Source of the DNA: Octopus bimaculoides
Taxonomy: Eukaryota
Direction: 5' to 3'
Length of the DNA stretch: 54,019 nucleotides
Assembly: GCF_001194135.2 (NCBI RefSeq)
Contig: NC_069006.1
Span: 4,414,259 to 4,468,277 of the forward strand
Shown here: positions 13,656 through 24,849 of the stretch, one piece after another
Layout of the letters: the number at the start of each line of letters is the position of its first letter
Numbering within the stretch: position 1 is the stretch's first letter
Notes under the pieces: generated by a model
Told to the model about the DNA's origin: nothing
Seen by the model: the letters and a program-made list of their open reading frames with translations, nothing else
Database searches by the model: none
Program-made: the position numbers and the translations under genes

Positions 13656-15847
13656 CTTTAGGATAGAATATATACACACCAGAAAAACCAGGGAAACTGG
13701 CTCTATGCTCCTTACAGAGTAATGTGGTGTAATCATGCAAGCTTGGGAAAATGAACATTGAAGGGTGTTGATCTGTGCTGCTTTTGTTGACATCTTGAAG
13801 GTGTTTCACCCTGTAAATAGGGAATGCTATGATTGGGTTCTCTCCATGGTTACTCAAGATTGGTCAGTTATTCCACATAGCCATGAATGAAATAAGCGGT
13901 CTTCTCTACCCTAGGGGAGTGAAACAGAGTTCTATGTTTACTCCCACCTTATTTCGCATCTTTGCTCTCATCCTGAAGCACACTTTTAGAACATTAACTT
14001 ATGAGGTTTACTTTCATATGAGATCAGATGCAAAAATGCTCGAACCTCTCCTGATTGTGAGGGAAAAAATAACCCAAAATACACATAAAGCATGGCTGCA
14101 TGGTAAGAAACTTGCAACCCTACCACTTGGTTTCTGGTTCAGTCCTACTGCACAGCATCTTCGACAAGTGTACTTGACTATAGCCCCAGACTAACCAAAG
14201 CCTTGCAAGTGGATTTGGGTAGGCAGAAACTGAAAGAAGCCTGTTAGAATGCTCAACCGGAATTTAAGAGGTTCATGGTTCAATTCTCTATAATGTCTTC
14301 CGGGTACTTTTTTTCCATCTTCTAAAGATATTTACCTGAATCTCCTAAGGATATTTATCTGAGTCTGCTATTCTGCATTCAAGATTTCCTTTATTTTCTG
14401 TAAAATACCAACTCACTCAGTGCTTTTACATTTGTTTACAAAAAATGTTCTCATGTTCCAAAAGCTCTTATTTAGCATAATAAAAGATAGTGTTTGTTGT
14501 CAGTGGTCACTAAGCATAGTAGTACGCAGCCTCAGCTAGAATTTGAGAGATACAAGATCTGATGTTCTGCCATGGCTTGCTGGCAACTTTTTCCCATCTT
14601 CTAGGGATATTTCCCTTATTTTCAAAGCTGTTTTCACAACTACTCTGTGTTCGAAATTTCCTTTATTTTCTGTGATATATATGTGTGTGTGTGTGTGCGC
14701 GTTTTCACGTTTGTCCCCCACATCACTTGCAAACTATGTTCCCGTAACTTAGCAGTTTGGCTTTAAGATACCAATACAAAGTACCGAGCATGAAAATAAC
14801 CTGCAATCCAATGACTGACACAAGTAAAACGAGGTGAAAGTAGTACTTTGGTAGAGGCATGCTATTTGCAAACAATGTGTAGTTGTACCACAATCAGAGG
14901 AGTAAATCAGTAGGTGGGAGTTAGGGTTACAAGAGTATGGAGGGAGAGTGAGAGATGGCTATCAACATGGACGTGGGTGGAGGATGATGATAAGAATGAT
15001 GGATGGATGTAAACTGAGATTAGCTCAGAGGAGGGGGGAATGGAATGTGGCTGCATAGAAATGATTTGTAGTTTACAGGTGAGGTTCTGATTTAACTGAC
15101 TTACAGCAGGAGAATAATATGGTAGTAAGGAGAGAGATGAGGGGATAAGTAACAGGGACATGGGGAATAGAGGATAAATGGTGCCAGGGTGTTGGGAGCT
15201 TGTTTATGAGGGATGAGGTTTATGAGGGTACGAGGTTCAACAATGATAAAAATGATATTAAATAGGGGTGAGGATGGTTGATATTCTTTTGATGGTTTGA
15301 GTCATTTGACTGCGGCCATGCTGGGGCACCGCCTTTAGTCAAGCAAATCGACCCCAGGACTTATATATACTTTTTATGTTTAGTACATAGTCTCTTACTG
15401 AACTGCTAAGTTATAGAAACATAAAGAAACCAACACAGGTTACCAAGCAGAGGGGCAGGCAAACACACACACACATACAAACGCAGACATACACAATGGG
15501 CTTCTAGCCAATGCACCGAGACGGTTTTGGTTGGCCTGGGGCTATAATAAAAGATGCCACAGAGTAGAACTGAAACCAGAACTTTCTGGTTGGGAAGCAA
15601 ACTTCTTGACCACGTAGTCACACCTACACCCATAAATCTGAGACACAAAAATAATGTTGAAAATAATTTTATCATTGATTTTGATTTTATTTTCAAAATA
15701 GTTTTTTTTTTTTTTTGTGCATGAAAAAAATATGCCTGTCTCTATATTTCCATGTTTCAGAGAATCTATTTAACTTAAATATTTTCTGATGATTTTTGCA
15801 GATGGAGATTTTAGTTTAAAACTGGTTCTGGATTTTATTCAGCGGCC

Positions 15848-15953
15848 ATGGCCACTAGTACGTCATCAGTCTCCACTGACGCGACCAAAGATAAAAGTGC
15901 TAAAATACTCCATGGAATCCTTTCAAAACCATCGAAGGTGGTTTCTGTCTCGG
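15848..15953 (+). CDS. PRDM2: First visible coding exon of the PRDM2-like zinc-finger gene (MATSTSSVSTDATKDKSAKILHGILSKPSKVVSVS)
   Basis: The ATG sits in a strong Kozak context (gcggccATGG). Acceptor tttttgcag| precedes 15802, there is an in-frame upstream TAG at 15812-15814, and the donor is cgg|gtaatt after 15953. The exon ends in phase 1 (G), which matches the phase-1 entry of the 25447 exon (G+AT = Asp). The symbol rests on the downstream fingers. Confidence 0.7.
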
Positions 15954-16022
15954 GTAATTATTCTTCGCTTTTATTCACTGTATTTTCCTGCATACAATTC
16001 AACGTAGCACATAGCATTAAAC

Positions 16023-16276
16023 CAGTTTTAAAACTGTGGTCCGTGGACAGCAAATACTTTTTATGGACAATTTGGTTTTATATATGTTTTTTAATCGAAA
16101 TCTTTTAATTGACAATAAACCTATTTGTTAAATACTGTTAAATAAATAAATGTAAAAATATATGTTATTTTAAGGAAATATTTATGTATAAATTTCATAA
16201 GCATTTATAAGGGGGTCCCTAAGGTAAAGCCTGAAATATAAAGGGGTCCGCAAGTCAAAAAGTTTGAAAATCCCTG
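16023..16276. mobile_element. Old hAT-like MITE
   Basis: Left end cagttttaaaactgtggtccgtggac and right end aaaagtttgaaaatccctg. The flanks gcattaaac / gcataaac resemble a decayed 8-bp TSD. Confidence 0.5.
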
Positions 16277-16374
16277 GCATAAACATATAAACATCATCAC
16301 TATCATCCCTAATACTTTTGTATTTTACAATCAGTTTTTGCTCCTCCAATGTTGTTTTCTTAAATAAGTTCAGT

Positions 16375-16670
16375 GAAGGCGCATTGGCTTACTGTTTAGG
16401 GTTTTCAGCTTGCAATTGTAAGGTCAGGAGTTCAATTCTCGGCAACGCATTGTGTCCTTGAGCAAGACTCTTTCACATTGTTCCAGTCCACTTACTTGGC
16501 AAAAAAGGAGTTGTGCCTGTAATTCAAAGGGCCATCCTTGTCACATTCTGTGTTATGCTGAATCTCCTTGAAAACTACATTAAGGGTACACATGTCTGTG
16601 AAATGCTTGACCACTTACATGTTAATTTCACAAGCAGGCTGTTTCATTGATTGGATCGACCGGAACCAAC
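16375..16670 (+). mobile_element. tRNA-derived SINE, family C (ggagttcaattc..gtgtccttgagcaag)
   Basis: Box-B-like GGAGTTCAATTC. A less diverged inverted copy lies at about 47200-47530, and related heads at about 13245-13410 and 21335-21520. Confidence 0.7.
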
Positions 16671-17053
16671 AGAGTGCTACTTATATGAGCTGACCTACCA
16701 TGTTTTACTGTCGATTTTGGTTTGAGAAATTTGATTTGTATGCCAGAAAATGCTGTATCCTATTTATTACACTCTCTTTTTCTATCCATCTGCTGCTCCT
16801 CATAAGCATTTAAAAAACCCCACCTACACTCCTTTTACTTGCCTCATATCTTGAGGGAGGGCCACCTGGACACTCATCACCACTATTTGTATCTATTTCT
16901 TTCCAACTCCAAATAGTTATTCTCTCCCTATCTTCCGAATGTGAGAGGACATGTAGTTCCTCTACAATAAGGACCTTTTCTCCCTCTCCATTTAACCCTT
17001 TAGTATTCAGTTCTACATTTGACGGATATTTGTCCTCATCTTGTTTTGTTGCT

Positions 17054-17099
17054 AACACAACGTTTCAGCTGATATACCCTCCAGTCTTCATCTGGTGTC
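17054..17099 (-). ncRNA. Minimal type-I hammerhead-like motif in the left inverted repeat
   Basis: gacac-CAGATGA-a-gactg-gagggtatat-cagct-GAAA-CG-TT-gtgtt. Helix I is gacac/gtgtt and helix III is the palindrome AACGTT. The core carries a U4->A change (CAGAUGA). Confidence 0.6.
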
Positions 17100-17786
17100 T
17101 TGGGGACATTTCGCACCTGGGTTCTCATTCCTAAGGTATTTTTCGATATTGTTATTATTATTCAGGTCACTGCCTGGAATTGAACTCTTAACCACTACGC
17201 CATATGCCCATGGGCAATTATGGAGTGGATTTTAGGGCTTATAAATCTAATATTCGACTACCCTTATTTTGAGTGGGGGGGGCATATTTCGCCTTTGTAT
17301 AAACCTACAAATATCTCCTTCAAGTAAAACCACCAATAGAAGATAATATGACCAAAGACTGTGTGTACTCCATCCCATGCAGCTGTGGTAGGTTATACAC
17401 AAGCAAAACATGCACCCCCCTCCTCAAAATAAGGGTAGACGAACATCGCAAAGCTGTGACACGAGGAGATATTGATAAATTGGGTATAGCTGATCATGTA
17501 TGGAAAAATGGAGACCACCTCCCCCTGTGGGATGAAGTTAAAATAATAGACAGAGAACACCACTGGAAAATACGAAAACTAACAGAAGCAGCACATATGC
17601 TAGGAGACAACAACCTCCTAAGCAGACCGAGTGCAGATATGAATAGCATATGGGAACCGGTATTAAGGAAGGATAAGAGAATATTAGATTCCGTGTTCGA
17701 TTCCAGGCAGTGACCTTAATAATAATAATGATAATAAAATCGAAAAATACCTTAGGAATAAGAACCCAGGTGCGAAATTTCCCCAA

Positions 17787-17827
17787 GACACCAGATGAAA
17801 GCTGGAGGGTATATCAGCTGAAATGTA
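17787..17827 (+). ncRNA. Second, more decayed hammerhead-like copy in the right inverted repeat
   Basis: gacac-CAGATGA-a-agctg-gagggtatat-cagct-GAAA-tgta. Helix II is a perfect 5 bp, but the 3' strands of helices I and III are disrupted. Confidence 0.5.
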
Positions 17828-18697
17828 TTAACAACAAACAAGATGAGGACAAATATCTGTCAAATGTAAATAATTATTTTATAGCTTCGAGATTTCAATG
17901 ACATAACCACTTATCTTTAGAATGACATTGTAGGGTTGGTGTGAGAGGCCAGATCTGACCAGTTTGAACATAGAACAGGTAGAATATTTGGGCTTCATAT
18001 GACCAGTTTAAATACTAAAGCATTAAGCTCTCATCCCCTTGAATAAAGCTGACCCCCCTCCTCCATCAGGGTTTGTCGTCTTCCAAGCTGTATAGCAACC
18101 TCACTTTTGTGATACAAAAGAAGCACCTAGTACAAGCTGTAAAGTGGTTGGTATTTGGGAGGACATCCCCCCACTGTAGAAACCATACTGAAGCAGTCAC
18201 TCAAGCACAGTGCTGTCCTCGGAACTAATGGATCATGTCAAACCATCGAACCCCTGCCAGGATGGAACGTTGGCATTTACTGAGAAGGCTGATGATATTT
18301 TATATATTAACTCAGCTTGCTCTTTTCATTTTGCTTCTCATCCTCTCTTCACCACACAACCCCATCACTTTTCACTTTCTTTCATTTTCCTTTTAATAGG
18401 CACAGCAGTTAAAACGTTTGCTTCCCAACCACATGGCTTCGGGTTCAGTCCTTGGTAAATGTCTTCTACTATAGCCTCAGGTTGACCAGAGCCTTGTGAG
18501 GTGATCTGGTAAATGAAAACTGTAAGAAGCCTGTTATGTAAATTTGTGTGGGTTTTGACATCGCATCATAGCTGTAAGTGAGCGTCACATCTTGCAGGTT
18601 ATGTCATTCACTTCCAAATTCTGTGTAAGCATACCTGGCCATAGGGAAATATTATTTAACCTATGCTGTAGGTACATAAACAGGGCAAATTTAGCTA

Positions 18698-19667
18698 CGA
18701 GATGGTATCAAAAAGTTCCCGGACTAGTTATATTTAATAAAAAATAAACTTATTTCCCTAAGTGTTAACATCATCTCCTTCGAAATAGTCACCTTGCACA
18801 GAAATACACTAGTCACAGCATTCCTACCACTTTTGGAATCTGGCCTGGAAGTTGTTTTCCGTAAGCAGGTCTAGGACCTTCTGTGATTTGCTCTGGATCT
18901 CAATATCATCATCATCATTTAACGTCCACTGTCCATGCTGGCATGGGTTGGACGATTTGACTGGGGACTGGCGAAGCGGATGGCTACATCAGACTCCAAT
19001 CTGACCTGGCAGAGTTTCTACAGCTGGATGCCCTTCCTAATGCCAACCAGTCCGAGAGTGTAGTGGGTGCTTTTTACGTACCACCGGCATGAGGGCCAGT
19101 CCGCTGGTACTAGCAATGGCCATGCTCAAATGGTGTTTTTTACATGCCACCTGCACAGGAGTCAGCCAATGTTTTGTTCACATGCCACCGGCACAAGTGC
19201 CAGTAAGGCGAAGCTGGAAACGATTGCACTCAAATGATGCTTTTTACGTGCCACCGGCACGGGAGCGAGACCGCTGCTCTGGCAATGGTGTTAAAATGGC
19301 AACGTTTGAGCTGCATTTTCATCTTGGGGAAGAGGCGGAAGTCTGCAAGGGCCAAATCTGGTGAATAGTGTGGGTGCTGAAGTGATATCGTGTTGTTTTT
19401 GGTGAGAAACTCATGAGTGAGTACACCTCAGTGGCAGGGTGCATTGTTGTCATGGTGAATCTAATTCTTAGCATTCCACAGATCTGGTCCCTTTTGCTGA
19501 ATCTTCTTCCTCAAATGCTTCAAAATGTCATAGTAGAACTCTCAGTTGAGTGTCTGCTCCTGGGGGACAAATTCCTGATGCACAATGCTACATTTCCTGG
19601 GAAGACACTCATGACAAGTCTTCCAGATTGTTCATCATCTTCCAGGGATGTTTTCCTCCTTTTGAAG
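18698..19667 (-). mobile_element. Decayed mariner transposase interrupted by a retro-insertion at 18905-19282
   Basis: Minus strand reads IVHQEFVPQEQTLN..HHDNNAPCH..HPHYSPDLALADFRLFPKMKMQLK, then EIQSKSQ..FQKW..CISVQGDYFEGD. Terminal TA|CGAG at 18696. CAAT is duplicated at both sides of the insertion. Confidence 0.88.
18905..19282 (-). mobile_element. RTE-LINE 3'-UTR-type non-autonomous repeat with (GAT)n tail
   Basis: Same body (ggaagggcatccagctgtagaaac...ccaacccatgc..aaacgatgatgat) as the copy at 45870-46240 and many others (560-720, 1200-1450, 1760-1960, 23490-23760, 27900-28200, 43860-44060). Confidence 0.8.
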
Positions 19668-21789
19668 TAAGTTCTGAATTAAAATCTTCCACCAAACCTT
19701 AGTCACAATTTATGTTCCTAACACTAGCTTAATGATAACTAAGTTATTTTACTAAATTCTGTTACATTTAAAATTAATTGAAAGAAACACAGAGCATCTC
19801 AAGATAAATACAATAACGAAAGGGTTAAAATATATAATAGAGAAACAATTCTTAACCATTTCGATACCAAACCGGCTGAAACCACCTCTGGCTCTGTCAT
19901 ACAAATGTCTTGTTTTCATAAGTTTTGAATTAAAATCTTCCACTAAACCTTAGTCACAATTTAGGTTCTTAACACTAGCTTAATGATAACTAAGATTTTT
20001 TTTTTTTATTTTGACATAGTAAGCATATGAATGCTTGACTATAAAATTAAAGATAAAACTTCATACTGTCTCATGTGAAAATCATTGTTGAAACCGAAAA
20101 CTTCTTTTAACTTCCATTACTATTTTGCATTTAAAATTATTTCAAGGGCATCATGCATTCATGGGGGAAAAAATTAATCTAACAGTGAATCATATGATTT
20201 TCATAGATTTATAAAGGAGTTACAAAGTGGGTATAATAACCTCTTGGATTTCATGAACTTTTAAGTGAATCCCTTAGCCTTATATTGTCTTTACTGTATT
20301 ATGGTTACAATAGACAATCGTTTGCACACTCAGGTAAACTTTGTCTCACTGTGTGATATTGCTTGATAACAACTGGGAATATGTCGTCACAACTGCAAAT
20401 GTCACCTTATTACCTCCCTTGACTATAACTTTCCGCCATGTTTGTTACTTAAAACTGTTCAAAAATTTGTTTTACTCTGTGTCTTTCTTACATCTTACAC
20501 AAATCTGACACGACAGGAATTATATCTACTTGTGTGTGACCCATTGTCTTATGGTAGATTAAAATAAATATTAGTTTTTAGCTATTTTTAGTTCTTACAT
20601 TAAATACAACAAACCACAGACATGAAATTTTGACACTGTTTGTGTATACAGACATTGTTTAATGAATTTTAACATTTTCATTATTGGAATGCCTGTGAGA
20701 TTCTCTTGCATAAGTTCTTCATTCATTACAAACTTTTCAGTAATAACAGTTAATTTTTGAATGGCTGTAAGAAAATAATCATTCAAGTATTTTCTTCTGA
20801 AATAATTGAATAAAGAAAACTAAAGTGGACAGTGTCTGAAAGTTGTCTAGGTTACTTGTGTATTGGGTGAGAGATTGATGTGAAAACAACGATAGATAGA
20901 TAGATAGATAGATGACTTTTCTTATTATAAAAAAAGTAACTTATTACAATTTAACAGAGCAAAAGGAATATTTATTCATGAGTTTTCTTAAGAGTAACAA
21001 GCTTACTTTTAAAAGAAGAAATTTTCTGTTATCGAAAGTGATAGCCTATGGACTGTGTGGAGAACTATACGTGCATGTGTTTCTGTACATTTATAGAGAG
21101 GTCAGGGGAAGTGCATTGGGTGAGAGTTCAAGGTAAAAAACAGTTACAATATTACCACTGCATCTCTGCTTATCTTTATGAAATTACACATCCTTTGGAG
21201 GAAAGTGTATGGACAGTACAAATGAGGCAGTACAAACAGATTCTAAAAATTATAATGCTGATCGATCTTCAACATCATTGACATTATAACTTATGTCTTT
21301 TATTTATATTTTATTATGGTGGCTGTTATTGTGGAGGGACATGGCTTAGTGGTTAGGGTATTGAGCTCATGATTGTAAGATTGTGGTTTCAATTCCTGGA
21401 CTAGGCAATGCATTGTGTTCTTGAACAAAACACTTCATTTTACATTGCTCCAGTCCTCTCAACTGGCTAAAATAAGTAATCCTGCAACAGACTGGAATCC
21501 TGTCCAGATGGGGGATGTATATGCCACAGAAACTGAGAAGCCTATGAGTCTATACAACTCCGGAAGTTTTTGTTTTTTTTTATTGTTTAGCTCATGGTCA
21601 GTTCTGATTGAGCAGTCCTATTGTCAACAGCTTTCAAACCGGCTTCTTTTAAGGCATAGTATATGTAGGATTATATTATACAATGTGTCTTCCGTTCCTT
21701 ATGAAGGTACTGTCTGGTTTGTAAGAAACTTACTTATTTCTACAAGGTCGAGGGACTGCATAGTGATTCCCTCTGGACCACTGCCATCA

Positions 21790-22005
21790 TTATCTTCACA
21801 TCCACTTTTCCTTGACAATGATGCTGCTCTGCCAGTCTTTGAGTTTGACACTTTCCTGAACTAACCTGTACTTTTCTCCACCGGAGACTTTAAATATCTC
21901 AGCAACTATTCTTCATGGATCAAGTGCCTTTTCTCTCCTCGTATCCTTAATCCCTCCATCTACCACACTGCTGTCGACTTGAATGGCTGGTCCTTCTATT
22001 GGGTC
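21790..22005 (-). mobile_element. RTE LINE ORF2 fragment
   Basis: EGPAIQVDSSVVDGGIKD..IVAEIFKVSG, homologous to the region near 12700-12800. Confidence 0.6.
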
Positions 22006-23286
22006 TACATGAACTACTCCCCCCCCCCTCAGACATTCTCCACATTCTAGACCCTCTTGTAATAACACATCCATGCCTCATTCTTACTAGTATCAGTAAG
22101 AGCAAGTGCTGTTTTACTTGTTTCACTCATTGGACTCTGGTACCACCTGCTAAGTTACAGGAGCATAAGCAAACCCATAACAGTTGTCAAGCAGTAGTGG
22201 TAGAGACACACACGCACGCATATATATGGTAGGTTTCCATACAGTTTCCATCTACCAAATACATTCACAAGGCATTGGCCAACCCAGGGCTATAGTAGAA
22301 AACAGTTTCCCTTAGTGCTATACAGTGGGACTGAACCTGAAACCACGTGGTTGGAATGCAAACTTCTTGACCACACAGCTATGCTGGCATCTTTCATTAG
22401 ATTCATTAAATTACTGGATCTGATTCAAATGAATGCATATTTCTATCACAAAAATTTACTTTGAATTTAAAAAGGACCTTATTTAAATTAATATTCATTT
22501 TAGCCATCTGTGTATCATATCGGATGTATATACATGTTTGATAGGCTACTTAATGCAACGTTTGTCCTGAGATAACATCTGTTATGGATGTACTTTGTTA
22601 AAAACACAAATATCAGAGGGAGATGAAAATTCACTCCAGCAGAAGCCAGCAAATGTGCCAGGTGCATTTTGGCCTTTTTGGATACTTTAAATGGCATATA
22701 CTCACAGCCAGCTTCATGGTTGAACTAGAATTTGTTGTTTCTAATATTGGAACAATTGAATAAAACATTCATTCACTGATGTTGCAAACTGCTACTAGCT
22801 GAATGAAAATCCAGTATATGCAATTGGGGCAGAATTTGATTAAAATGGCCATCTGTGTATCATATCTAATGTATACACAGTCGACGGGCCAGTTACTGCA
22901 GTATTTGTCCTGCGACATCTCTTACAGACTTGCCATGTTGCTCGGATGAATCTTTTGTTTCTCTCTCTGATATTTGTTGTGTTTTAACACAGTGAGTGCA
23001 TAAGAGATTTTATCCTTGGGTTTATTGGATCCTGTCAGGCTGTCCAACCCATGCCAGCATGGAAGACTGACATTAAATGAGGATGATGAGATGATGATGA
23101 TATATACGTACATACATATATATATTTATATATACACACACTCACCATCCTCGCATACACACACGCACATGCAAATCCTAGTTCAGCCAGGTCACTGTTA
23201 TTATCTCCCTTCCGCTCTACCTCTTTCTTTTGGTCATTTCATCATGTTGAATTGTTAATCGCTACACATTTTTTTACCTCTCAGAC

Positions 23287-23322
23287 CTTTCTGTCGAAGA
23301 GCAAAGGCTCAAAACATCAAAG
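23287..23322 (+). ncRNA. Decayed hammerhead-like motif in a third Penelope-type repeat
   Basis: cttt-CTGTCGA-a-GAGC-aaag-GCTC-aAAACATC-aaag. Helices I and II pair, while the core and cleavage site differ from CTGACGA/GAAACGTC by three substitutions. Confidence 0.45.
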
Positions 23323-23429
23323 ACTTTTCCATTCTTCTCAAGCTTTAAAGTGATACACCTGCTTGTTGTTCCCTCACCTGTCTTCATCTTTTGTTTTCTG
23401 TAAATTTGACCTATATATGTCTATCAACC

Positions 23430-23477
<48 letters not shown>

Positions 23478-24235
23478 GTTACATTACAAGCATAGGGTTA
23501 CGGTTAGGGTAACGTGGTTGGCGTCTGGAAGGGCAGCCAGCTGTAAAAATCATGCCGAAACTAACCTTGTCTGTGCTAGCGCCACGTAAAAAGCACTGAG
23601 TCCACTCTGCAGAGTGGTTAGTGTTAGGGAGGGGCATCCAGCCATAAAATCTCTGCCAAAACAGACACAGTGGCCTAGGGTTGATTTTCTACCTGGCCAG
23701 CTTCTGTCAACCGTCCTACCCATGCATACATGGAAGATGGATGTTAAACGATGATGATGAATGCTGTATATGCAATTGAGGCAATATTAAATTAAAATAA
23801 CTATCTATATATCATACTCAATGTATACACACTGTTGAAAGACCAATTACTGCACTTATGGACATGCAGTGTTAAAAACACAATAAGATAGGGATATGAA
23901 AAGTCACACAAACAATTGCCAGCAAGAACACCAGATGCATTTTCGCTCTTTTGAGCCATTCCAATTGCTCATACTTGCAGCCAGTCACATGTCTGGATGA
24001 AAATTCATCGCCTCTGATTTTACTTTTCATCCATTTTTCAATCTAGAATTCTCCTGGAAATGACTGCATCCTTCTTTTAGAAAAATTAGTTTTGAACTTT
24101 AATGAAAAAGAATGTTATTTAATGACTTTAAACCGACCATATCTGGCCCAAATATTCTACTTGTTTTATGTTCAAACTGACCAGATCTGGCTGCTCAAAC
24201 CTACCCTACAATGTCATTCTAAAAATAAACAATCA

Positions 24236-24610
24236 CAGGAGTGGCTGTGTGGAAAGTAGCTTGCTTCCCAACCACATGGTTCCAGGTTCAGTCCCACTGC
24301 ATGGAACCTTGGGCAAATGTCTTCTACTATAGCCATGGGCCAACCAAAGCCTTGTGAGTGAATTTGGTAGATGGAAATTGAAAGAAGCCCATCGTATATG
24401 TATATGTTTGTCTCCCACCACCACCACCATCACTTGACAACTGATGTTAGTGCATTTACATTCCCGTAACTTAGCGGTTCGGCAAAAGAAACTGATAGAA
24501 TAAGTACTAGGCTTCCAAAGAATATGTCCTGGGATCGATTTGCTCGACTAAAGGCGGTGCTCCAGCATGACCACAGTCAAATGACTGAAACAAGTAAAAG
24601 AATAAAAGAA
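24236..24610 (+). mobile_element. Full-length SINE, family A
   Basis: Head, middle and tail are colinear with the reverse complement of 1973-2380. Confidence 0.88.
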
Positions 24611-24612
24611 TA

Positions 24613-24849
24613 TTGGGTTGGTGCATAATTATTGCAGCTTTTATTCACCAAAAGCAATAGCAGCATTTAATAAAAACATCTTTAAATGATTATCCCGGAG
24701 CATATTCACCATCTACTTCAATTACTGTTTCCCATTTGCTTGGCAGACGGTCAGACCGTCATTTAAAGATGTTTTTGTTAAATATTATTATTGCTTTTGT
24801 TGGATAAAATTTATTGCAAAAAATCCACAATAATTATGCACCAACCCAA
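24613..24849 (-). mobile_element. Mariner-derived fold-back MITE with TA TSDs
   Basis: Perfect 22-bp terminal IR ttgggttggtgcataattattg with TA on both sides. The core encodes the transposase C-terminus RLPSKWETVIEVDGEYAPG* on the minus strand. Confidence 0.9.

Larger units (their letters stand above)
17014..17868 (+). mobile_element. Penelope-like element fragment: GIY-YIG endonuclease ORF (17348-17713) flanked by ~172-bp inverted repeats
   Basis: The ORF MTKDCVYSIPCSCGRLYTSKT..IRVDEH..IADHVW..DEVKII.RE..W..RK..EA is the GIY-YIG pattern typical of Penelope elements. 17014-17185 and 17695-17868 are reverse complements with few differences. Confidence 0.88.

Noticed and set aside
17170-17216. 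tRNA gene
   Set aside because: Box A and box B are only ~6 nt apart and no cloverleaf can form. All tRNA-like heads in the window belong to repeats.
21048-21281. ORF or mini-exon with HWVRVQ, considered as a PR-domain NWMRY-like piece
   Set aside because: No flanking SET/PR motifs. It lies downstream of the start exon and the similarity is too weak.
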